Positions 8,544-17,390 of a stretch of 64,000 nt of DNA are shown piece by piece. The notes under the pieces were generated by a model. That model saw nothing but the letters and a program-made list of their open reading frames with translations. It made no database searches and had not been told where the DNA came from. Where the stretch lies: contig JAISAB010000002.1 of the NCBI GenBank assembly GCA_031266915.1, positions 12,738 to 76,737 of the forward strand, given 5' to 3'. Source of the DNA: Rickettsiales bacterium. GTDB lineage: Bacteria; Pseudomonadota; Alphaproteobacteria; Rs-D84. The position numbers and the translations under genes were made by a program. Position 1 is the first letter of the stretch. Each line of letters starts with the position of its first letter.

Positions 8544-11203
8544 AAAGCAACATCTTCTGCGCAAGCAATCCGGCAAGGCTGATTGACGCCTTGTGGGAAA
8601 TCATAAAGCAGGGCGGGTCGGACTTTTCCGACGACATTATATTCCTGCCGTCGCGGCGCGCTGCGCGCAGCGTTGAAAAAATGCTGGTTGAAAAATCCGG
8701 CGCCGCGGTATTGCTGCCTACGCTGGTGGCATTGGGCGAGGGTGCGGACGAAGACGACGATGACGTCGTCCATTCTGATGTTGTGTCGAATACCGAGCGC
8801 GTCGTCGTTCTGGCGAAACTGCTGAGCGCGGACGCGAACATACGGACGATTTCGAACGCGCTGCCGATTGCGCGCGATTTGACGCGTATGCAGGATTACC
8901 TGGAAAACGAGGGAATTGCCGCCGCCGCGATTGACTGGCCGGCGCTGGTCGATGAAAAGTACGCAGCGCATTTTCAGAAAAAGGCGGAATTTTTGAAATT
9001 ATCCGGCGCGTTCCTGTCTAACATATTTCCCAACAAAATCACCGAAACTCAAAAAAGAAACGCCGACATCCGCGCATGGATTAAATCCGAAATACTAAAT
9101 AATAAATCTAAAATCATTGTCTGCGGATCGACCGGCAGCGTACCGGCGACCGCCGACTTGATGGCCTATGTCGCGGGCATGTCCAACGGCTATATCATTC
9201 TGCCGGGCAAAATTAATTGCGGCCCCGGCGAATGGCCGATGGACGGCGGATTCAACGCGTGCAATCCGTACCATTGCGAAAAAATGTTCCTGGACCGGAT
9301 AAGCGTCGCGCCGTCTGACGTTCAAATTATCGATACAGGCCCGTCGAACATGGATTTCCTGAACGCTGCATTTTCAAATTCGGTTAACGGTTCACGGTTC
9401 ATGGTTTACGGCACGCAGTTGGTCGAATGCGCGCGCGAAAGCGAAGAGGCATGGTGCGTCGCCGAAATTGCTGCCCGCGCCGTGGCAGACAACAAAACCG
9501 TTCTGGTTATAACGCCCGACGCCGCCGGAAACCAGCGCATTGCCGCGGCGCTGAGCCATCGCGGCATAGCGGCCGACTTTTCGGGCGGAAAAAGCGGCGC
9601 CATGACGCTGGCGGGACGCGCGCTGTTGAATCTGTTCGACGATTGGATAGAGGATAAAAATTCGTCCGCATTCGACGGTTTGTATAAACGCAACGATTCC
9701 AATTTGTTCAAAACGTTGGTTGAGATTGTTGAAACAATGCCCGATGTTCTGTCGCCGCGGTTCCAATTCGATTCCGATGAATCGGCCGTCGTCTGGGACG
9801 CGCTGGAAAAGACGTCCGACGCATTGTCAAGGAACGGAATCGCGCTGACATTGTCCGACGCGCGCGCGGTGGTTGCGGACGCGCTGGCCGGCGCGACGGT
9901 CCGCCCGCCGATGAACGACGGCGCGGCCGTCTGCGTGCTGGGGACAATCGAATCCAGAATGCAAAGCGCCAATGTCGTCGTCCTGACCGGCTTGAACGAA
10001 GGGATGTTTCCCGCGCAAGGGTACGAGAATTCGTGGCTGCCGCGCACTATGGCGCAGAAAATCGGATTGCCGCCGGCGGACAGAAAGGTGTCGCTGATGG
10101 CACTGGACTTTATGAATCTGTCCTGCGGCGCGGAAGTTTACTGGCTGCGCAGCAAGACCGCCGGCGGCAGCCAGACCACCGAGAGCCGGTTTCTTTCAAG
10201 AATACAAGTCGCGACAAAGGTCGCAGATCGCAGAGCACAGAGCGAAGGTTTCGCCGCTTCGCGGCAGAGCGTAGAGCGCAGGTCGCAGGTGGAAGGTGTT
10301 GAACCACCTGCGCACTGCGCACTGCGACCTTCCACCTTGCTGCAAGCGGTGCGGGCCCGCGACGAGGTCGAATACAGGCCGCTGGATTATTCGCCGCCGC
10401 GCATTCCGGCCGACCGCAGCGACGTCTATGTGACCGAACTGGAATTGCTGATTCATAATCCTTATGCTTTCTATGCGCGGCATATATTGCGTCTGCGCCC
10501 GTTGGACGATTATTGGCAGGAACCCGATGCGCGCGACTTCGGCAATCTGGTGCACGGCGTGATAGAAGAATGTTCAAAGTTCAAAGTTCAGAGTTCAGAT
10601 GATTTGATAGAAATGATGGACAAACGCGCGAAGCAAATATTGCCGGCGGGCAGTGCCGTATATCATTTCTGGCACAAGCGCTTTGTCGAAATCGCTCCGG
10701 CTGTCGAGGCGCTGCTGCGGGAATCGCAGAGCCTGAACCGGCAGCAATCAGAAATCGACCTTTGTACGACCATCGCGGGTCGTCGCGTCCGTGCGCGCGC
10801 GGATATGGTTTATTACAAGCAATTTCCCGATTCTGCGGAACCGATTACCGTTGCGCTGGACATCAAAACGGGTGCAGTCCCGTCAAGAAGCCAGCTAGAG
10901 CAGGGCAATATGCCGCAATTGCCGCTGGAGGCGCATATGATTCAATCAGGCGGATTCGCCCAGGGGTCGGGGCCCCAGGTTCAAAGCCCGAATGTCGTCA
11001 TGCAGTTTCTGCAACTGAAAAACAATAACGTAAAGCTGATTGAATACGACGCGGACGCGACGCAAAAGATGATTGATGCCGCCGTCGACAAAGTATCACA
11101 GCTGTTCGGTCGATATTCGAATGATGGCGAGCCGTATGAATACTACGAAACGTCCGACCCAAAGTATAAGGTCTATGACGACCTGGCCCGCGTTGACGAT
11201 TAA
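8534..11203 (+). CDS. addB: AddB-like double-strand-break repair nuclease/inactive-helicase subunit, carrying an in-frame palindromic-element insertion
   Basis: N-terminal …IFLPSRRAARSVEKML… and C-terminal PD-(D/E)xK region (ADMVYYKQ…DIKTG), typical of alphaproteobacterial AddB. Confidence 0.6.
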   Translation: MPVKSNIFCASNPARLIDALWEIIKQGGSDFSDDIIFLPSRRAARSVEKMLVEKSGAAVLLPTLVALGEGADEDDDDVVHSDVVSNTERVVVLAKLLSADANIRTISNALPIARDLTRMQDYLENEGIAAAAIDWPALVDEKYAAHFQKKAEFLKLSGAFLSNIFPNKITETQKRNADIRAWIKSEILNNKSKIIVCGSTGSVPATADLMAYVAGMSNGYIILPGKINCGPGEWPMDGGFNACNPYHCEKMFLDRISVAPSDVQIIDTGPSNMDFLNAAFSNSVNGSRFMVYGTQLVECARESEEAWCVAEIAARAVADNKTVLVITPDAAGNQRIAAALSHRGIAADFSGGKSGAMTLAGRALLNLFDDWIEDKNSSAFDGLYKRNDSNLFKTLVEIVETMPDVLSPRFQFDSDESAVVWDALEKTSDALSRNGIALTLSDARAVVADALAGATVRPPMNDGAAVCVLGTIESRMQSANVVVLTGLNEGMFPAQGYENSWLPRTMAQKIGLPPADRKVSLMALDFMNLSCGAEVYWLRSKTAGGSQTTESRFLSRIQVATKVADRRAQSEGFAASRQSVERRSQVEGVEPPAHCALRPSTLLQAVRARDEVEYRPLDYSPPRIPADRSDVYVTELELLIHNPYAFYARHILRLRPLDDYWQEPDARDFGNLVHGVIEECSKFKVQSSDDLIEMMDKRAKQILPAGSAVYHFWHKRFVEIAPAVEALLRESQSLNRQQSEIDLCTTIAGRRVRARADMVYYKQFPDSAEPITVALDIKTGAVPSRSQLEQGNMPQLPLEAHMIQSGGFAQGSGPQVQSPNVVMQFLQLKNNNVKLIEYDADATQKMIDAAVDKVSQLFGRYSNDGEPYEYYETSDPKYKVYDDLARVDD
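10217..10340 (+). repeat. Palindromic element of about 125 bp (terminal inverted repeat AGGTCGCAG…CTGCGACCT) inserted in-frame in addB; RPE-like
   Basis: Near-identical copy at 47946..48079 inside xerC/D; open in several frames on both strands. Confidence 0.8.
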
Positions 11204-11312
11204 AAATCAAATTCTATGGACATCTGCTTGCATTAACTGCCGGTCATGTACCAGTATGTACACTCCCTATGGTTAATGCTGCGCATCTGCCTCATATAAT
11301 TTGATTTTTTAT
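11204..11312 (+). repeat. Post-stop-codon element family B (terminal inverted repeat AAAATCAAATTCTATGG…; core CATGTAC-N6-GTACAC; T-run); a partial second copy follows to about 11332
   Basis: Copies also after fadD, yebC, secB and the 37467 gene; flanking stems covary. Confidence 0.7.
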
Positions 11313-11329
11313 GGGCATCTGCTTGCGTT

Positions 11330-11437
11330 AAACACTAGTGTATAGTTAATAGTCATTAGTCAGTAGTCATTAGTGAATGTGTCGCGCCTTTGGCGCGATG
11401 ACTTTATTAACTATAGACTATTGACTGTGCACTATCG
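11330..11437. repeat. TAGTNNN-heptad long hairpin element with central GC hairpin (gtgtcgcgcctttggcgcgatgac)
   Basis: Arms tagtcat/tagtcag/tagtcat/tagtgaa and their reverse complements. Confidence 0.7.
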
Positions 11438-11695
11438 TTTACTTTCAATGCATTCTTCCCATTTTTTGTTGACGCACTTTTTTGTCCCAAGCAGACCCGT
11501 GGCCGTCAAGCATTGTACAATCATGCCGGATTCGCATACGTTGCTGGCGCATTTCCTGAACAATGCGTCGTCCAGATTTGGATAGCATGATTTCATGGCG
11601 CCAGTCGAAATTAGTTCGTTCGGCGCCGGGCTGTTCGTTTGCGGCGCGGCCCAGACGGCCGACGACGAAAATAAGAGAAAAATTAAAAATATCAT
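11432..11695 (-). CDS. Small secreted cysteine-rich protein (87 aa, signal peptide, 6 Cys)
   Basis: Signal peptide MIFLIFLLFSSSAVWA; preceded by the conserved structured leader. Confidence 0.5.
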   Translation of the reverse strand: MIFLIFLLFSSSAVWAAPQTNSPAPNELISTGAMKSCYPNLDDALFRKCASNVCESGMIVQCLTATGLLGTKKCVNKKWEECIESKR

Positions 11696-11872
11696 ATTTC
11701 AAACCTCGCTTTTCGTTCAGTTAAAAACCACCAAAATTTGGTGGTTGGAGGTTAAGAACTATAAATCAGTATAGCGTGCTTATTTTGCGGCAAGCCGCAT
11801 TATTCACAACCCTCCAACCTGATAAGTTGGAGGATTTTTTCGTCCCCGCGGACGCTGATTTCAGAGGTTCTT
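11696..11872 (-). promoter_or_regulatory. Conserved structured 5' leader (attenuator/riboswitch-like), subtype 1
   Basis: Gene-sense: hairpin CCTCCAAC/GGTTGGAGG; linker GAATAATGCGG; AACCTCCAACC; terminator CCACC-N-GGTGG-UUUUU; RBS; ATG. Confidence 0.65.
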
Positions 11873-12034
11873 AATCCTCGACGTCGGAACACCCGGCGTC
11901 ACCGGCAATGGTAGCATCTGTGAGATTTAAATCAATAAGATTTTTGTGTCAAGGCAAAAGGTAGAAGGCAGAAGTCAGAAGGTAAAAGGCAGAAGTAGGC
12001 AAGCTTGCCCCAAATCATAAATTTATTACTTCTG

Positions 12035-12095
12035 CTTTTAACTAATGGTTAGTGACAGTCCTGTGTGGTCGGCCAGGCGCGGCCTGGTTCATGAA
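12035..12095. repeat. Short repeat aactaatgg-tagtgaca-tcctgtgtggtcgg…gccaggcgcggc (second copy 12993..13060)
   Basis: Two copies seen in the window. Confidence 0.5.
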
Positions 12096-12129
12096 ACACT
12101 TCCGCTGATTAATTTTTCGCTATACTTTT

Positions 12130-12378
12130 CCTGAAAGCAATGCTACAATCCCTGTGTCGCGGAGAATTTCTGCGATGGGGTGTCACAGCCTTGCACATGC
12201 GTCGAGAGATGATTGGCGCGCTTTTGCGCCGATTTTTATATCACGGCGAAAAATAACTCCTGACCGGGTCAGGAGGGCTCGTGAATATATTGAATAAACG
12301 GCACAATTCATGTGATTGTTGTGAACCTCCTGACCGCCATTTACCGGCGGTTTTTCGTTCGAAAAAAAGGAGGTTAGG
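12130..12378 (+). promoter_or_regulatory. Conserved structured 5' leader (attenuator/riboswitch-like), subtype 2, upstream of a cysteine-rich secreted protein gene
   Basis: Hairpin CTCCTGACC/GGTCAGGAG; linker GAATATATTGAATAAACGG; AACCTCCTGACC; terminator GACCGCC-N-GGCGGTT-UUUUU; AAAAAAAGGAGG-ATG. Covaries with the other copies. Confidence 0.7.
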
Positions 12379-13002
12379 ATGAAGTTTAAAATATTAGTGC
12401 GCGCAACGGCATTTTTGATTGCGTTTGGATTCGCATTCGCATCGTCTGATTCATTTGCAGAGGAGCCTGTAGAAGAAGCCCCCGATTGTAGTGGTCAATC
12501 CTGGTGCACTTACTTTACTGGCGGTAGACGTTGTGGTGGTGAAGATTGCAATGTAGGTAGGTATGGTACTTGCGAGTGTGTGGAAATTGTTGCGCAATGC
12601 ATTTGCAACGCCGGATATGAAATTTTTGGCGACGGCGAAGATTGCACTTGCACCGCGAAATGCGCGAACACCTGCCAGTCCAGCGGCACCACGGCATGCG
12701 CCATCCAAAATGGCGCCGGCACCAAGCAGAATACAGGTGGAAACAACTGCACGGGCAACTGCACGTATGGAGCATGCACGGTATCGTCATGCAACAACGG
12801 GTACTATAAAAATGGAAATGTATGCACGGCATGTACGGCGCCCGACGGAATCACTTTGACTAATGGCAGCAATCCGGCTATCGGCATGAATATAAAAAGC
12901 AAGAACAACGGAGTGAATGGAAGAACCGATTGCTATATAGAAGGAAATTTCAACGATTCGACCGGGGCATTCGGCATCACTGGCACCAATTGCACTTATT
13001 AA
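12379..13002 (+). CDS. Secreted cysteine-rich protein (repetitive C-x-C / N-G-T-rich modules)
   Basis: Signal peptide MKFKILVRATAFLIAFGFAFA; more than 25 Cys; strong Shine-Dalgarno. Confidence 0.6.
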   Translation: MKFKILVRATAFLIAFGFAFASSDSFAEEPVEEAPDCSGQSWCTYFTGGRRCGGEDCNVGRYGTCECVEIVAQCICNAGYEIFGDGEDCTCTAKCANTCQSSGTTACAIQNGAGTKQNTGGNNCTGNCTYGACTVSSCNNGYYKNGNVCTACTAPDGITLTNGSNPAIGMNIKSKNNGVNGRTDCYIEGNFNDSTGAFGITGTNCTY

Positions 13003-13060
13003 CTAATGACTAGTGACAATCCTGTGTGGTCGGTCGGCTTGTCGGCCAGGCGCGGCTCCA
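12993..13060. repeat. Second copy of the short repeat seen at 12035..12095
   Basis: actaatgactagtgacaatcctgtgtggtcgg…gccaggcgcggc. Confidence 0.5.
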
Positions 13061-13769
13061 TATCGATTTCGCAATTTTTGATTAGTTTCTGCGCAGCTTT
13101 GTTCGCCAGGAAATAATCCAATCGCAGACCCTGATTCTTTTGCACAGTGTTGCCGCCGCGGTATCCGAACCAAGTGTATCCGACCTCGGTCGGGTGCAGA
13201 TGACGCCATACGTCCAGCCAGCCCGCGTCCAGCCATTTCTGCATGACCGCGCGCGCGGCCGGGGCCGATATGCTGCTGCCACGATAGGCAGTCGGATTCC
13301 ACACGTCGCGGTCTTCGATTGCGACGTTGAAATCGCCGGCCAGAATAACGGCCTCTTCGCTGTCGATGTAACGTTCGATATATTTGGTAAAATGGTTCAT
13401 CCATTCGATTTTGTACGGGAATTTCGGGGAATCAACCGCCTCGCCGTTCGGCATATAGGCATTGATAATGCGGACCCGTCCGTCGACGACGCATTCGATA
13501 AAGCGGGCATTGGCGTCCGGATAGTTCGGCAGGCCGAATGTCGCGTCTTCGATGGAATGCTTGGAAAAGACGGCGACGCCGTTATAGCTTTTCTGGCCGA
13601 ACACCTTGACGTTGTATCCGTATTCGTCGAACAAATTGTGCGGAAAATTGGCGGTTTCGCACTTCAGTTCCTGGACCAGAATTGTGTCGTATCCGCCGCG
13701 GCGCAGGATGTCGATAAAGCTTTCCGCGTGAGCGCGGATTGAATTTATGTTCAAAGTCAGTATTTTCAT
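12999..13769 (-). CDS. xthA: Exodeoxyribonuclease III (Xth, AP endonuclease)
   Basis: MKILTLNINSIRA…, …VQELK…, …LAGDFNV…, …DHTGLSLVI… motifs of the EEP/ExoIII family. Confidence 0.85.
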   Translation of the reverse strand: MKILTLNINSIRAHAESFIDILRRGGYDTILVQELKCETANFPHNLFDEYGYNVKVFGQKSYNGVAVFSKHSIEDATFGLPNYPDANARFIECVVDGRVRIINAYMPNGEAVDSPKFPYKIEWMNHFTKYIERYIDSEEAVILAGDFNVAIEDRDVWNPTAYRGSSISAPAARAVMQKWLDAGWLDVWRHLHPTEVGYTWFGYRGGNTVQKNQGLRLDYFLANKAAQKLIKNCEIDMEPRLADKPTDHTGLSLVIS

Positions 13770-13914
13770 AATATATAATTCCTAATTGCTAATCATGGAT
13801 TCCTGATTTATAATATCTGTTGTCCAATATAAAAACAATAACAAATTCCCACCATGAATAGACATGCACGGGAATAACCTTAAGGGACGCCCGCCTGGCG
13901 CGGGCGCGGAAAAA

Positions 13915-15495
13915 ATGAATATGTTTCAATTGCTGGAAAAGACGACCGGACAGTATCCGAATAATCTTTTCCTGGTGCGCGAGGGCGTGAATTACACGGA
14001 CTTTGTGGATTTGGTGAAAAAACGCGCCGCCGTTCTGGACGGCATGGGCGTCAAAAAGGGCGACGTTGTTGGCATTCTGGCCCATAATATCCCCCAATTC
14101 CCGACCACTTTGTTCGCGATTTGGTATCTGGGCGCGCAATGCCTGCTGCTGGATACTAATCTGACCCCGTTCGAATACAACAACATGGCTGAGCTGACCA
14201 GCTGCAAAATCGTGTTCGCAGAAAACTCGTTCTTTTTCAAGACGAACAAAATCAAGTTCGTGGACATAACCGCCCCGGACGGCGCGGCGAACCCCGATTT
14301 AAAGGCCGCAGCCGTCGAGGCGTCCGACATCGCGACCCTGTCGTTCACATCCGGTTCGACCGGCACGCCCAAGGTCGTTCCACTGACGCACTTTAACTTG
14401 GTTGAATGCGCAAATTCGCTGGAAGACATGAACCGATGGATTAACCCGGGCGATGTCTTGTACGGATTCCTGCCGATGTACCACGTGTTCGGATTCGCGG
14501 TCGAAATCCTGGCGACGCTGCATTACGGCGCCGGGGTCCTGCTGCAGCCGACTGTCAACCCCAAGGACATCATGGATGACTTCAAGACATTTCGTCCGCA
14601 TGTCATTCCGGCCGTTCCGCGTTTGTGGGAGGTATTCCGCAACAAAATTATCGACAATATCAAGTCCCAAAAGAAATGGTGGCTGGTTTCGTTCGTACTG
14701 AAATACGGGAAATCGATGAAAAAAATCGGCTTGGGCTTTCTGGTAAGAAAGGTCCAGGGTCAAATTCTTGGCGTTTTCGGCGGACGCGCGGCGTTGCTGA
14801 TTGCGGGCGGCGCCGCCACCAAGCCTGAGGTCGAAACATTCTACGAGCGCCTGGGGCTGACGTTTATCCAAGGCTATGGCCTGACAGAAACGGTAGGACC
14901 AATTTGCATTTCCAAACCGACAAAAAAACGCTATCCTTTCGCGTTCGGCGGGCCGATAACGAACAACGAATGCGACATCCGTGACAAGAACGACGACGGC
15001 GTCGGCGTGCTGTGGCTGCGCGGGCACCAGGTGTTCGGCGGATATCTGGACAACCCGGACGTGAACGCAGAAGTGTTCGACGAAAAGGGATTCTTCAACA
15101 CAGGCGACATGGTCAGCATGGACCCGAACGGAGAGCTGCATTTCGCCGGCCGCAAAAAGCAGGTCATCGTTCTGGATTCGGGCAAGAACGTTTATCCCGA
15201 CGAGCTGGAGGGATTGTACATAACCATTCCGGGCGTCAAGAATGTCGCCGTATTTGAGCACAAGGTCAAAAACAAAACCGTGTCCTATGCGGTCTTCAGC
15301 GTCGACGACAAGATGACGGTCAACGAGTTGGCGTCCGCCGTCGCGTCAGCCAACAAAAAGGTCGCCAGTTACAAGTGGGTCACGCACTTTGCCATGACGA
15401 CCGAAGACCTGCCGCTGACCAGCACGCAAAAGGTCCGCCATCATGTCGTGCGCGATAAGCTGGTTGCCGGCGATTATCCGACAAGAAAAGAGTAA
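13915..15495 (+). CDS. Long-chain fatty-acid-CoA ligase (AMP-binding family, FadD-like)
   Basis: AMP-binding motifs TSGSTGTPKVV, YGLTET, GDMVSMDPNGELHFAGRKK. Confidence 0.75.
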   Translation: MNMFQLLEKTTGQYPNNLFLVREGVNYTDFVDLVKKRAAVLDGMGVKKGDVVGILAHNIPQFPTTLFAIWYLGAQCLLLDTNLTPFEYNNMAELTSCKIVFAENSFFFKTNKIKFVDITAPDGAANPDLKAAAVEASDIATLSFTSGSTGTPKVVPLTHFNLVECANSLEDMNRWINPGDVLYGFLPMYHVFGFAVEILATLHYGAGVLLQPTVNPKDIMDDFKTFRPHVIPAVPRLWEVFRNKIIDNIKSQKKWWLVSFVLKYGKSMKKIGLGFLVRKVQGQILGVFGGRAALLIAGGAATKPEVETFYERLGLTFIQGYGLTETVGPICISKPTKKRYPFAFGGPITNNECDIRDKNDDGVGVLWLRGHQVFGGYLDNPDVNAEVFDEKGFFNTGDMVSMDPNGELHFAGRKKQVIVLDSGKNVYPDELEGLYITIPGVKNVAVFEHKVKNKTVSYAVFSVDDKMTVNELASAVASANKKVASYKWVTHFAMTTEDLPLTSTQKVRHHVVRDKLVAGDYPTRKE

Positions 15496-15600
15496 ACTTT
15501 ACTATCGGTTCGCGTTGCGGGTGTTTTCGAACATTCATGTACGTTTTGTACACTACATGGTCGAAAACACCCGCAGTCGGCACAATATATGAAAATGATT
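15496..15600 (+). repeat. Divergent member of post-stop element family B (stem cgggtgttttcgaac / gtcgaaaacacccg around CATGTAC-N6-GTACAC)
   Basis: Same conserved core with covarying flanking stem; a T-run follows. Confidence 0.6.
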
Positions 15601-15633
15601 TGGTTTTTTAAGATGTGTATATAAAATACTTTC

Positions 15634-15672
15634 CACAAAAAAACAAACCCGCAGCCTGATTTGGCCTGCGGG
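15634..15672 (-). terminator. Terminator for the minus-strand gene 15723..16520 (cccgcaggc…gcctgcggg + T-run on the minus strand)
   Basis: 7-bp GC stem with an A-run on the plus side. Confidence 0.6.
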
Positions 15673-15722
15673 CAATTCATTTTGATTCGTCGATTTTTAT
15701 GTTCGGAATGTGTCGGAAAACG

Positions 15723-16520
15723 CTATTTGAAACCCAAAGGGTATTCGTCCCTGTTGCTTATGGGGATACCGGGCAAATCAATATTCGGATAACCTTCTGA
15801 TTTTAACAAATCCGTAATTTCATTGCCTGCAAATAGTTTTACATCATCCATACCGTCGTGTTTTGGATAAAATCCATTCGCAACATTATACCCATGTATA
15901 CATTGCAGCCCGCCGACCCCGCGCAAACAAATGGATTTCTGTTCATAGAAAAAATCCTTGTTATGCGCGCCCGGTATATCTCGGATGGTTTTCCCATCAG
16001 TAGACAAATATGCCAAACCTATGGAATTAAGTTTGTGTTCGTGGGTTCCAGTTTTATATGTATTTTCTGAAACGCGCTGAATCTTTCGTATATTCGGTAT
16101 GGAGATGATTGTATTATCAAAGTATCCATCTTTTCTTAAATAAATATTTTGCATATTTTCCATAAAGTTTTTGGGCAGTCCGTCATCATTGTCTATTCGG
16201 AATGTCAGCATGCGTTTTGCCTTTATGTCATCCGGGACGGTCATTTTATCATCTGAAATAAAAACATTTCGCAAAAAGGGAAATTCAGTCTCCAAACCTT
16301 TGAATATCAACCTTGCGTCTTCCGGCATAGTGTCAGAATGGTATAAAAGCAGTATAAAATCTTTGTTCGTTTGTTGCAATAGGCTTGCCAATGTGACCGC
16401 ACGAAATAATTTCAAACGGTCTTGCAAATATGGATTTTTCCACAAATCAACATTCCCTGTTACCGGATGGCCTTTTAAAAAAGCATTCAAGACCGAATAT
16501 CTCACCATTCCAATAATCAT
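15723..16520 (-). CDS. Hypothetical protein, low GC (about 40%), possibly horizontally acquired
   Basis: Long intact ORF with its own terminator; no confidently recognised domain. Confidence 0.5.
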   Translation of the reverse strand: MIIGMVRYSVLNAFLKGHPVTGNVDLWKNPYLQDRLKLFRAVTLASLLQQTNKDFILLLYHSDTMPEDARLIFKGLETEFPFLRNVFISDDKMTVPDDIKAKRMLTFRIDNDDGLPKNFMENMQNIYLRKDGYFDNTIISIPNIRKIQRVSENTYKTGTHEHKLNSIGLAYLSTDGKTIRDIPGAHNKDFFYEQKSICLRGVGGLQCIHGYNVANGFYPKHDGMDDVKLFAGNEITDLLKSEGYPNIDLPGIPISNRDEYPLGFK

Positions 16521-16607
16521 TATTATTTCCCAATTTTTTTCAATTCTTTCGCATTTCGGCAGGCTATGATTGGTTTTCCGAATTCAAGCACCGGTTTTTC
16601 TATCAAA

Positions 16608-17330
16608 TTATTTTCCGGAATTTTGCTTTGCGCGTTTCCATATTTCAAAACGAATTGTCGGGAACGGGGTGTCGGTTTTTTCCAATTTATGTTCGGCTGG
16701 GATGCGTGGCAACAGCTCGGCTTCTTCCTTGGTTTCAACGACCGTGTGATCGGTTGCCTCGTAAATGCCCGGCTCCATGGCGCCCAATCCATATTCTATA
16801 TAGTAATACAATTCGAAATTCGGCGCGGACATAAGCCCTAACATCTTTTCATCCATAGGGACCTTGCCGATCGGGCAAGCGTCTTTCGGCAGAACGGTTT
16901 TAAAGATTGCGTCGACCCGCGGCGTCGTCATCAATTCCGTCCCGGTCTGGCCGGCGCGCAGCACGTTTTGGCACATCGCATGGCCGCCGGTTATGAATGC
17001 CTTGTCATAATTTTTGTAAAAGCGCAGCGCTTCGCCCAAAGGGTCGTAAAAGGCCCCGATACCGAATGTCAGATGGGGGCCACGACTGAACACATCTGGC
17101 ACGATACCGGTGTTGCATTTGTTTGACGCAACCGCGCACGGCCTGTTTCGCAGCGAAAACAACGGCATGTTTTGCGCGGTGGCGCCGTCGAAAATCACCG
17201 GATAACCAATGGTGTTTAGGTCAAACCATTTCAGCGCAAGCGAGGAGTCATACGGTTCGGTAACCAGACCGTTTTCGGCCGTCGTTATAATCAGATTTAC
17301 TTCGGGGAAGTTTGCATACTTGGCGTTCAT
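16608..17330 (-). CDS. Dihydrofolate-reductase-fold protein (RibD C-terminal / DHFR family)
   Basis: NLIITTAENGLV…PYDSSLALKWFDLNTIGYPVIFDGATAQNMP…LRNRPCAVASN parallels the DHFR motifs (I-A-x-x-x-NG-IG; LPW…DL…FK; VIMGRKT; RPLPGR-N-IVLS). ATG at 17330 chosen. Confidence 0.45.
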   Translation of the reverse strand: MNAKYANFPEVNLIITTAENGLVTEPYDSSLALKWFDLNTIGYPVIFDGATAQNMPLFSLRNRPCAVASNKCNTGIVPDVFSRGPHLTFGIGAFYDPLGEALRFYKNYDKAFITGGHAMCQNVLRAGQTGTELMTTPRVDAIFKTVLPKDACPIGKVPMDEKMLGLMSAPNFELYYYIEYGLGAMEPGIYEATDHTVVETKEEAELLPRIPAEHKLEKTDTPFPTIRFEIWKRAKQNSGK

Positions 17331-17390
17331 TGTAAAAACCTTTTTTTGTTTTTTTCGACCACATTGTATATGAAAATATTCGGATTTCAA

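Noticed and set aside
11330-11437. Possibility that the TAGT-heptad or other tandem repeats are CRISPR arrays
   Set aside because: The units are 7 bp, degenerate and arranged as inverted arms. There are no direct repeats of 28-37 bp with unique spacers, and no cas genes in the window.
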